Positions 56,090 to 64,000 of a stretch of 64,000 nucleotides of DNA are shown here, one piece after another. The stretch is from an uncultured Clostridia bacterium. GTDB lineage: Bacteria > Bacillota > Clostridia > UBA1381. Each line of letters opens with the position of its first letter. Positions within the stretch are counted from its first letter, which is position 1. The notes beneath the pieces were generated by a model. The model was not told the origin of the DNA and did no database searches. It was given only the letters and a program-made list of their open reading frames with translations. A program made the position numbers and the translations under genes. The stretch covers positions 2,387 through 66,386 of the forward strand of contig CAJFNT010000048.1 of NCBI GenBank assembly GCA_904395315.1. Reading direction: 5' to 3'.

Positions 56090-57480
56090 TTACTTGTTTG
56101 CTTCGATAAACCTCTGCAGGATCACAGCTGTTTCGGCGCGCGTCGCAGAGCCAAGAGGATCCACAGTGTCGCCCCTTCCGTTGATCAGCCCTGCTCCGAC
56201 AGCCCACCGCATATCCGCGACTGCCCAGTCAGAGATCGATCCGCAATCGGAAAACACGCTGATGTCGCCCTCTTCGTTGCTGTTCCAATCTTTATATGCG
56301 GCATATCTATGCATTATAGCCGCGATCTGTTCACGTGATATGCTTTCATCAGGTCTGAACTCCGAATCGGAAAAGCCTTTAACTATACCGTTAGCCTCTG
56401 CCCATGCTACCGCTTCGGCATAATACGCATCGTCTGCCACATCCTCAAACGTACACGCCTCCGCCTCCGGTCTGTTTTCCGCGCGATGGAGCACTGTGAC
56501 CATCATGCCTCTGGTAATGCTCATATCCGGCGCAAATTCCGTTTCGCTTACTCCGCCGAACAGTCCGTTCATATCGGCATAACGAACGGCATCATAAAAC
56601 CAGTCCGTCTCATCCACATCGATAAACGGATTCTTCCATTCATCATTTGAAGAAGATGATCCATTATCATTTGTCTCGGTCCATTTTGAATATAAAGTAA
56701 TATTTTTCGTTATTTTTGACGAGAAATCAAACTTTTCGGTAAATTCTTTGTCAGTGTACCAGCCGCCGAACTCGTATCCGTCTCTGACAGGGGGCTCCGG
56801 TTCCTCGATCGTACCGTTCGCTCTTACGCGCTGACTGTCTATTTGGCTTCCGCCCATAGTGTCAAAGCTGATGGTATAGTATGTTACGCCGCCTCCGCCC
56901 CCACCGGAACTGCCGCTGTTGGTGCCGCTGCCATTGTCATCAGCGCGAAGTATCTCCACAGTAAACGGAGCAGATGTTTTATCTCCGCTTGTTGTGCCGT
57001 CGTCTTCCACATACACCACCTGAGAACTGTCAAGCTTTATCTCTGTGTCCTCATCGCCGGTATACTCAAATGTAAGTTTCGCGGCATCATACGCTCCGCT
57101 GAATACATTTTCCGAACTGTAAAATCCGAAGTAGGCACGTCCGTTCTTGACAACTACCGGTGTATGCGATACACTTTTGATATCCTCATCTATATATTCC
57201 ACCGAACTCAAAGTCATTCCTTCCGGCAATGTTATCCCGAATTCGGCGCCGGCAAAAGCGTGTCCTCTTCTATGTTTATATCAAATGAAAACTCCGTCTG
57301 ATTTTCCTCCAGCTCTATCTGGCTGTCAGACACTGTTATCTCGGCTGCCTCGGCGTATGTCCCTATTATAACAAGCGAAAACGCCGCCGCAAAGATCCTC
57401 TTGAATTTATTTGTCAATGCTATCCCTCCAAAAAGCCGCCGCGGCGGCAGTTTTTTTACTTTATATCTTATTTCAGTCAC
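56090..57480 (-). pseudogene. Frameshifted gene for a secreted cohesin-like + Listeria-Bacteroides-repeat + triple-SLH cell-wall anchor protein
   Basis: ORFs 57232-57480 (signal peptide plus the start of a beta-sandwich domain) and 56090-57229 are consecutive parts of one protein in different frames. Adding one T to the T4 run (plus-strand A4 at 57254-57257) restores ...NIEEDTLFAGAEFGITLPEGM.... Confidence 0.65.
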
Positions 57481-57545
57481 AGACCCCCTAACACACTTCG
57501 GAGCAAGGGGGCCTTTTTGATCTGTGTCTTATATTTTTCTGTCTG

Positions 57546-60296
57546 TCACTGTTTCAGATAAGCATTTGAGATCTCAACAAGATCTGTAAGATCGATAACG
57601 CCGTCCGCGTTAAAGTCTGCTTTCTCTGCCTCTGCCCAGTTCTCTTCGCCGCTTTCCGCTCTGTAAAAGCCCTGAACATCCGCTATATCGTCAAGATCAA
57701 GCTTTCCGTCACCATTTACGTCATACTTATCTGATACGACCGTTGTTACGAGATCTGCATTACTGTCCACTCCGCCGGTCACTTCGCTGTTGAAAAGTAT
57801 GCTGTTGAGCTTAACATTTACGCTTCCGGTCTTATCCGAAGCCATTCTTACATTCAGCTGAAGTATGTCGCCTATCTCAGCGATGACCTCATCCTCAGTA
57901 CCAGGCAGATAGCCCATTACTACATCATATGTGATATCACCGTTTTCTGACGTTTCTTTTTGCTGCGCGTATACACTGCAGCTGTTAAGTCCATCAAGAG
58001 TCTGTCCGAGGAACATTCCTTCCTCGCTTCCTGATATCGTGAAATTGAGGTGCATCGTTTCAAGCTTTTCTGTGTTGCCGCTAAGCGAGAATACATACGG
58101 AACCAACTCATTTTTTGAGGCATGCTCCGGACCGCTTACCGACGCGCTTACCGCATTCTCATCAGGTGTCTCAGTCGGAGCCGGGGAAGTTGTAGCTGAC
58201 GGTGTTTCCGTAGGTTCCGGAGACGGTGTAACTGTAGGCGCTGCTGTCGCTGTAGGTGAAGGTGTTGCAGGTGTTCCATTGACTGTTTCGTCATATGTCT
58301 TTTTGACGTCATCCGCATTCATAGCGCCTGTATAAACTTTCGCCAATGCTATTTCACAATTTGCTGGATATTCAAGACTTCCGTCCGATTTTGAATCACC
58401 ACCGAGGAAGAGATAAAGCGGTCCTATAGACATTTCGCCCGATGCGCTTACCGAATCTTTCTCTTCACCATTGAGGTATATCTTTACATATGAACCGTCG
58501 TATGTGAACATCACGTGATTCCACTTATCCTTCTCCACGGTTGCGGTCGACTTCTTATAGCTTCCGCCCACATGCACCCATGCCTGAAGGTCATTTGTTC
58601 CGCTCTTCTGCTCAAAACAGAAACCAGCACTTTGTGTACTTCCGAGAGGATCATTGTTCTTTGTATCAAGCGGCTTATAATAGAGCTCTACAGTTATATC
58701 TGATGTGAGCTTCTCATAGATATCTCTTGACATCGTATACCTGAGACCATCGTCAACGCCATCGAATACCATAACGTCTCTGTCTATCTCGTCATCATGC
58801 TTTATCTGCGGCGCTCCGTACACATCAAGCTTACGTCCGTTCGCATCAGCGCCTGTGTTGTCTCTTTCAAAGTCAACATCAAGCACGTCTGCCGTCGGAG
58901 TAACATATATATCCTCAACTGTCTGAGCCTCGCCCGTTATCGGCGCGCTCTCCTGACCGAATGATGTTACCGCGGTTACCGCAACATCGTACTTTGTTCC
59001 TTCACTGAGACCTGTGATCTTAACATCCCAGTCAGCACGACGGCGATCGGGATTCTTGTAATAATCCGCAAAAACGTATCTCGTTACAGAGCTTTCCGTC
59101 TCAGGATCTGTGAGCACGACCTTATATCTGCTTATCATATCATTATTGTCCGACTCATCAGCCGATATTGCCGATGGGAAGCTTACAACAACAGACTTTT
59201 CATCCGCATCCGACACGGTCACTTCCGCATCAGCGCCAAATGCCGGGGCCTCGCCCGTTCTCACCGAGGTATATGGACGGTCCAAAACATCGTTTGCGTC
59301 AAATGTCCAAGGTGTTTCCTCATACATATATTCACAATCCGTAAAATCCATTCTATAGATCTGCACTGTTCCGTCATCCATTACATCGATCCTTAATGCC
59401 TGCGATGATTCCTCCGAATCAGCCGGACGCGTCACACCCGAACCTGATGACGGATCGACAGTTCCTGACTCATTTTCAAAATACGCTCCTATTGTAGCAT
59501 CCTGAATAGCTGTATATCCGTCATCCTGATATATTGAACGCGCATCCTCAAGAGTAGCATGCGAATGTCCTGAGATATGTATAGCCTGCGGATACTGTTC
59601 AAGCAACGCCACCATATCCTTATCGCTGCCCTTGCCGTAATTTCCGTACCATTCATTCGTTACATATGCCGTATCTCGTATTCCGTGATGTCCCATTATG
59701 ATAACAGGCGCTTCCGGATTTGCAGCATTCGCTTTTTCAAGCTCTGACTTCAAGAAATCATAGCAGCCAGTATAATCTCCGCTATAATTTGAAGCGCCGA
59801 GCTTTATCACAGTGGCAACAAGCCCTTGAGCCGGATCATCATTTTTATAAAAATAGTAAGCGCCTGTGTTATCCTGACCTGTTCCATTCTCGAATCTTTC
59901 AGCCGCACCACCCGCTGTGTTGAACTCGTGATTTCCCATCGCAAGTATGGTCTTTGTCACATCGCTACCGTTTGCAAAATGCGACCTATTGATTATGTCC
60001 ATCAGAGTGCTGTACTCGGACTCTCTTCCGTTATTCGTAATGTCCCCCACCAGCAATACAGCATCCGCATTCGGGTCTACCGTATTGAACACATTCAGCG
60101 CATTTTCCAGCTTATCAGACGCATTGTTGTCACGACCGATATGAACATCACTTCCAACAAAAAATCGTGCAGCAACGCCATCTGTCGGTGCCGCCTCCCA
60201 CTCTTTGTCGCTCTGCGGCTGCCATGCGAACGCTGTTGCAGCGCTTCCCGCGACAGCAGCGGTGATTAATACGGAAACTGCTTTTTTCCATTCCAT
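57546..60296 (-). CDS. Secreted calcineurin-like metallophosphoesterase with FN3-like, LamG and C-terminal dockerin modules
   Basis: Signal peptide MEWKKAVSVLITAAVAGSAATAFA. Phosphoesterase motifs GSDVHIG, VGDITNNG, MGNHEF, MGHHG, SGHSHAT. LamG block ELYYKP...VKIYLNGEE. Dockerin duplicated Ca-binding loops DVNGDGKLDLDD and DFNADGVIDLTD. Confidence 0.8.
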   Translation of the reverse strand: MEWKKAVSVLITAAVAGSAATAFAWQPQSDKEWEAAPTDGVAARFFVGSDVHIGRDNNASDKLENALNVFNTVDPNADAVLLVGDITNNGRESEYSTLMDIINRSHFANGSDVTKTILAMGNHEFNTAGGAAERFENGTGQDNTGAYYFYKNDDPAQGLVATVIKLGASNYSGDYTGCYDFLKSELEKANAANPEAPVIIMGHHGIRDTAYVTNEWYGNYGKGSDKDMVALLEQYPQAIHISGHSHATLEDARSIYQDDGYTAIQDATIGAYFENESGTVDPSSGSGVTRPADSEESSQALRIDVMDDGTVQIYRMDFTDCEYMYEETPWTFDANDVLDRPYTSVRTGEAPAFGADAEVTVSDADEKSVVVSFPSAISADESDNNDMISRYKVVLTDPETESSVTRYVFADYYKNPDRRRADWDVKITGLSEGTKYDVAVTAVTSFGQESAPITGEAQTVEDIYVTPTADVLDVDFERDNTGADANGRKLDVYGAPQIKHDDEIDRDVMVFDGVDDGLRYTMSRDIYEKLTSDITVELYYKPLDTKNNDPLGSTQSAGFCFEQKSGTNDLQAWVHVGGSYKKSTATVEKDKWNHVMFTYDGSYVKIYLNGEEKDSVSASGEMSIGPLYLFLGGDSKSDGSLEYPANCEIALAKVYTGAMNADDVKKTYDETVNGTPATPSPTATAAPTVTPSPEPTETPSATTSPAPTETPDENAVSASVSGPEHASKNELVPYVFSLSGNTEKLETMHLNFTISGSEEGMFLGQTLDGLNSCSVYAQQKETSENGDITYDVVMGYLPGTEDEVIAEIGDILQLNVRMASDKTGSVNVKLNSILFNSEVTGGVDSNADLVTTVVSDKYDVNGDGKLDLDDIADVQGFYRAESGEENWAEAEKADFNADGVIDLTDLVEISNAYLKQ

Positions 60297-60523
60297 AGTT
60301 ATTTTCCCTCTCTTTACTTGATGATATGTGATCGCGAAGCTACCGCTTCGCAACCACCCTTACTTATATAACAATTGACGCGATCTTTATCGCTGCGTTC
60401 TCTCTCGATCCCGCAATAAATATTTTAGCAAGCCAATGTAAAGATATCTACCTTTTTTTTCTTAAAAAAAGCGTTATTTCTATGTAAGCAAACACGTTCT
60501 GTTAATATTATTGATATCTATGC

Positions 60524-60556
60524 AAAAAAGCAGCCGCCGAAGATATTTTCGGCGGC
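60524..60556 (-). terminator. Intrinsic terminator
   Basis: Minus strand GCCGCCGAA-aatatc-TTCGGCGGC followed by TGCTTTTTTG. Confidence 0.7.
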
Positions 60557-60661
60557 ATAAAATACATATCCGTATCAAATATTATAAAAATCTATGTAAT
60601 CAAAAATTCAAAAAATTTAAGCTCTCGTTAAACATATTTAATAATATTTTAAATCGATATA

Positions 60662-61129
60662 TTACCGATTTCCGGCTGTATCAAGATAATCATACACAGA
60701 CTTCGGAATTTCAAAGTCCATTGTCATTCCGCCTGCAGAAAATGTCATATACAGCATATCCTTATAGGTTATAATACTGCATACGGGATAAATCTTATCA
60801 TCCTTTTCAGTTTCTCCGAGCGTTACCGTCTTCTGCTGTGAAAAACTGTATTCTCTGCTCGGTTCTGCGTTTTCAGGCATATCCTTGAGCTTCCATTCTG
60901 CAATATCAAGATGCTCCACAAAATCCTGTATCTCTTCAGACCCTGTTATATCGGCTATCTCTTCAAGCGATTCCGCATCCTTTACCGTTATCTTCTGTGT
61001 CTTCTTCATATTTTCGGTATAAGACGCAATATTGTCTATCTCTTGCCTTGTTCCGAGCATAAGTCCTACTCCCAAAACAACAGCCGCCGCCAAAACTATA
61101 ACACCGGCTGCCAATAATATCTTCTTCAT
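60662..61129 (-). CDS. Membrane-anchored hypothetical protein
   Basis: ATG 61129. N-terminal TM anchor MKKILLAAGVIVLAAAVVLGVGLMLG. No known motifs. Confidence 0.55.
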   Translation of the reverse strand: MKKILLAAGVIVLAAAVVLGVGLMLGTRQEIDNIASYTENMKKTQKITVKDAESLEEIADITGSEEIQDFVEHLDIAEWKLKDMPENAEPSREYSFSQQKTVTLGETEKDDKIYPVCSIITYKDMLYMTFSAGGMTMDFEIPKSVYDYLDTAGNR

Positions 61130-61161
61130 ACTTAATTGTGTCCTCCCCCAAAACGGGTATA

Positions 61162-63219
61162 TCAATCTATGTGTATACTAAACTCACTTCCCGCATCACC
61201 TACGAACACCACGCTTCCGCCCATAGGAAGAGCCACAACTGTTGACCCGTCTGCCCAAGAAAATGATGTATTGGTCCCCGCGCTGTCAAACACCGCAAAT
61301 GACGCATTCTCCGGTATCTCCGTACGCATGGTAAGCTCTTTTTCAGTGACCGGGACAGTATACCATCTTGCAAATCCGTCTTCAAGTATCGTACACACCG
61401 CGTCTCCGCCGATATATATGTCATCTACATCATCCTCGCTCACAAAAACACTGTTCGATGCATACATTAACTCTCTTCCGTCACTTTCCCTAAACTCTAC
61501 ATCACTCATATCCCTTCCGGCTGTTCCGGGGATCTCTATGGTCGCTTCGGCTGTATCTTCATCCACGATCTTCTCCATACTGATATATCCCGGCAGTTCT
61601 TCATCGATAAGAAGTTCAGATGTTATATTTCCAAGCGCGTATACTGCAGAGCTGTATTTTTCATTAAGCGGATAATACTTCTTGCCTACCCTATTTTTCC
61701 AAACCTCCGACATCTCCTCGCCTTCTTCCGGCTCAAGCTTCTGCGCAAGAAAATCAGATCCAGCTATCTGACAGAGTGTGGGCACCGTCTGATACACGCT
61801 CATCTTGATATATGTGTTGCTATTTTCTTCCGCAAATTCAAGGCGCTGCTGATTTTTTGAAGTCTCATCTGCCGGCACGAATATACCGTTGTCAGTATAG
61901 ACATAATTCACAGTCGTAAGGGACGGATCCATATCCTCAGCGCCCCATACGGCAAGAGTCAATGTTCCATCGGCATTTACCGTGACATCATACGCGCTTC
62001 CGGTAAGGGCATATATCCCGGAATACTCGGTATATTCCTCCGGCATCGGTACAGTGTCATACACCTCAAACACCTCATCAGGCAGCTCTTCAGCTATAAT
62101 ACCGTTTGCTTTTAACCTGTCAAGGAGAAGTCTGTTTGCAAAGAGCATATTTACAAGACTTGACCCTCCCGATGTCATTACCGCGGCCGCCATATGCTGA
62201 TGGGGCAACACGACCAGCGATGCATGATAATTTAAAGTGTCGCCGCCCTTTGTAAGTCCAGTTATTCCGTAACGTTCAAACGGGAAGCTGCTTACATCAT
62301 CCCAACCGAGACCATAATTTATATAGCTTTCACCGCTGGGATGCATTCCTTTCTCATATTCGGAAACAGCCGTCAGCTCTGCTGTCTCGGTCGAAAGAAC
62401 ATCTGTGTCTCCCATATATATCTGTGCGAATACGCACAGATCTTCAGCTGTAGAATATATTCCACCCGCGCCTATAATATTTATGTTCTCCGCCGGAAGC
62501 TCCTGATCAGTTCCCGCTTTATATGCCTTCGCAAGTCTCCCGCGGTCGAATTCATCAAGCGGCGTCTTTGTATTCGAAAGTCCCAGAGGCTCTGTTATCA
62601 TCTCCCTCAAAAGCGTCGTAAAATCCTTTCCGCTGACGCGCTCAGCCACTATCTCAGCAAGCGTGAATCCGTCATTACAGTAGACAGAAAACGCTCCCGG
62701 ATCCGCTTTGAGTCTCTGGTCCTTCAGCTCGTCAAGAAGCGCGTCATGCGCATAGGTATCATTGTCATTATACAAAAACGCGTTGCTCGTAGTCGAGCCC
62801 ATAAGCCCTGACGAATGGTTTAAAAGCATCCTCACTGTTATATCCTTATACCTCTCATCCGCCATCGTAAATTCCGGTATGTACTCCGTTACAGGCTTAT
62901 CGATATCCAGAAATCCGTCCTCATATAGCTTCATGACACATGCCGTTGTAAACATTTTACTCACAGAACCGGCACCATACATCGTATCCGCACTCAAAGC
63001 ATCAGGCTCGGACAATGAATACATTCCCTCTGTATCTGAGACAACTATCTCACCGTTGTCTATCAACGCATACTGCATACTTGTAACACCCGTAGACATA
63101 ACCACGTCTGCCGCGGTTATATCCTGCTGTACAGCCTGCGTATCATCCGCGGCAAACGCGCCTACAGGCATCACCGATATGACCGCGGCACATATCCCCG
63201 CTAAAATTCTTTTCCTCAT
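61162..63219 (-). CDS. Secreted serine hydrolase of the beta-lactamase/PBP4* (class-C-like) family with large C-terminal extension
   Basis: Signal peptide. SxxK motif GSVSKMFT, YxN-like YCND. ATG 63219 (SD GGAGGT). Confidence 0.75.
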   Translation of the reverse strand: MRKRILAGICAAVISVMPVGAFAADDTQAVQQDITAADVVMSTGVTSMQYALIDNGEIVVSDTEGMYSLSEPDALSADTMYGAGSVSKMFTTACVMKLYEDGFLDIDKPVTEYIPEFTMADERYKDITVRMLLNHSSGLMGSTTSNAFLYNDNDTYAHDALLDELKDQRLKADPGAFSVYCNDGFTLAEIVAERVSGKDFTTLLREMITEPLGLSNTKTPLDEFDRGRLAKAYKAGTDQELPAENINIIGAGGIYSTAEDLCVFAQIYMGDTDVLSTETAELTAVSEYEKGMHPSGESYINYGLGWDDVSSFPFERYGITGLTKGGDTLNYHASLVVLPHQHMAAAVMTSGGSSLVNMLFANRLLLDRLKANGIIAEELPDEVFEVYDTVPMPEEYTEYSGIYALTGSAYDVTVNADGTLTLAVWGAEDMDPSLTTVNYVYTDNGIFVPADETSKNQQRLEFAEENSNTYIKMSVYQTVPTLCQIAGSDFLAQKLEPEEGEEMSEVWKNRVGKKYYPLNEKYSSAVYALGNITSELLIDEELPGYISMEKIVDEDTAEATIEIPGTAGRDMSDVEFRESDGRELMYASNSVFVSEDDVDDIYIGGDAVCTILEDGFARWYTVPVTEKELTMRTEIPENASFAVFDSAGTNTSFSWADGSTVVALPMGGSVVFVGDAGSEFSIHID

Positions 63220-63285
63220 AACGCTTACCTCCAATTGGTGAACATAACCTTCAGCCGCAGAGCAAAGTTCTGCGGCTGTATACGA

Positions 63286-64000
63286 TCACTGTAAATTCAA
63301 TCTCCTCTTCATAAAATAATTCGTTATAAACCAGTATGCCGCCGCGATCACCGCTTCAAATACAATACCGGTTATCATAAGCATATGAAGCGACCGTATA
63401 CTGTTAAGATCACTCGTGCCGACACTGATAGCAAATGTGCTCATAAGTATCGTGCCTATTATTTGGCACACCATATAAAGTCCCACATATACTCCTACGG
63501 ACTTGATCGCCTTATGTGTGTTAGACGAATATCCTATGCTCATGCACGTATAGAACATAAGATTGGAATACGCCAATGAGATTATTAACAAAACCGCTAA
63601 TTCCGCAAATACGAGCCACGCTTCGCCTGTCAGCTGAGAAAAACCAGCAGTTATCGCATTCCATAAATCTCTCCAGAATTCGACAAAACTTACATCATGA
63701 CTTAATATCAAAGTCATAAATATACCATATGTAAATATTACAACAAGTATCGCGAGAGCCTCATATATCATAGCCGTAAACAACTTTGCAAGTATATTCT
63801 GCGCTGTGCTCACCGGCAGGGTGTTCATAAGATATCCCTCTTTCCCGAGCAGATTACGCTGAAATCTGTATATCGCATAAACATAGCTCAATACAATCGT
63901 TGCCACGGATACAAGCACAAGAAGCACGGTAAACACGATAGAAAGAGTAGCGTATACCGTGTTCGGAGACTCGATATTCGGCATGAACATATACATGAGT
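63286..64000 (-). CDS. ABC-2-type/permease-like polytopic membrane protein (5' end probably beyond the window)
   Basis: At least 6 TM helices. The ORF is open to within 4 nt of the window edge. Confidence 0.45.
   Translation of the reverse strand, partial: LMYMFMPNIESPNTVYATLSIVFTVLLVLVSVATIVLSYVYAIYRFQRNLLGKEGYLMNTLPVSTAQNILAKLFTAMIYEALAILVVIFTYGIFMTLILSHDVSFVEFWRDLWNAITAGFSQLTGEAWLVFAELAVLLIISLAYSNLMFYTCMSIGYSSNTHKAIKSVGVYVGLYMVCQIIGTILMSTFAISVGTSDLNSIRSLHMLMITGIVFEAVIAAAYWFITNYFMKRRLNLQ

Noticed and set aside
57227-57262. Programmed ribosomal frameshift as the explanation for the split SLH/cohesin-like gene.
   Set aside because: There is no X-XXY-YYZ slippery heptamer and no obvious downstream pseudoknot. 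A single-base change in a T4 homopolymer is the simpler explanation (indel error, mutation or phase variation).
57483-57516. Hairpin CCCCCT..AGGGGG with a T-run on the plus strand, between two minus-strand genes, considered as a terminator.
   Set aside because: The U-tract is on the wrong strand for the flanking genes. It may just be a stabilising or structural hairpin, so I do not annotate it as a terminator.
1-64000. Window-wide scan for tRNA/rRNA genes, CRISPR repeats, IS/transposase, integrase, prophage, restriction-modification, toxin-antitoxin or other defence modules.
   Set aside because: No T-loop or acceptor-type tRNA signatures were seen. There are no regularly spaced 25-40-nt repeats and no terminal inverted repeats. 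No ORF carries recombinase, nuclease or reverse-transcriptase motifs. The only regular direct repeats are the two LytTR operator pairs.

Overview
64-kb chromosomal window from a moderately low-GC Gram-positive anaerobe. It looks like class Clostridia; the SLH, dockerin/cohesin-like and Listeria-Bacteroides-repeat modules suggest a Ruminococcaceae/Oscillospiraceae-type organism, but this is inference only. I call about 58 protein genes, most on the minus strand.

Gene content, in order:
- an SLH surface protein
- a 1646-aa GH30+GH43 multidomain glycosidase
- mntP, argD-argF, trxA, hflX, secG
- a 3D-domain wall protein, araD, trkH-trkA
- a P-type ATPase behind a Mn2+ (yybP-ykoY) riboswitch
- mrp, metK, metA
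- a six-gene polyamine operon (speD-speA-speE-speB-CASDH-CASDC)
- radA
- the origin-type cluster jag-yidC-yidD-rnpA-rpmH (rpmH is missing from the ORF track)
- a CIRCE-controlled hsp20
- a glycolipid gene trio
- an agr-type quorum-sensing locus
- a GH105 hydrolase
- a frameshifted SLH/cohesin-like anchor next to a dockerin-bearing metallophosphoesterase
- a serine hydrolase

I recognised no rRNA, tRNA, CRISPR array, transposase/integrase or classical defence genes.

Most interesting observations:
1. The agr locus has a non-canonical gene order, an unannotated AgrD precursor, and two paralogous direct-repeat (LytTR-type) promoter modules. The second module fires into an ORF-poor ~0.6-kb region, a candidate RNAIII-like effector RNA.
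2. A dense DnaA-box cluster plus an AT-rich tract lies between speD and radA, although no dnaA is in the window.
3. The Mn2+ riboswitch/P-type ATPase pair.
4. Both spermidine biosynthesis routes sit in one operon.

Short-motif coordinates were counted by hand and may be off by 1-2 nt. All family assignments rest on motif recognition, not on database searches.
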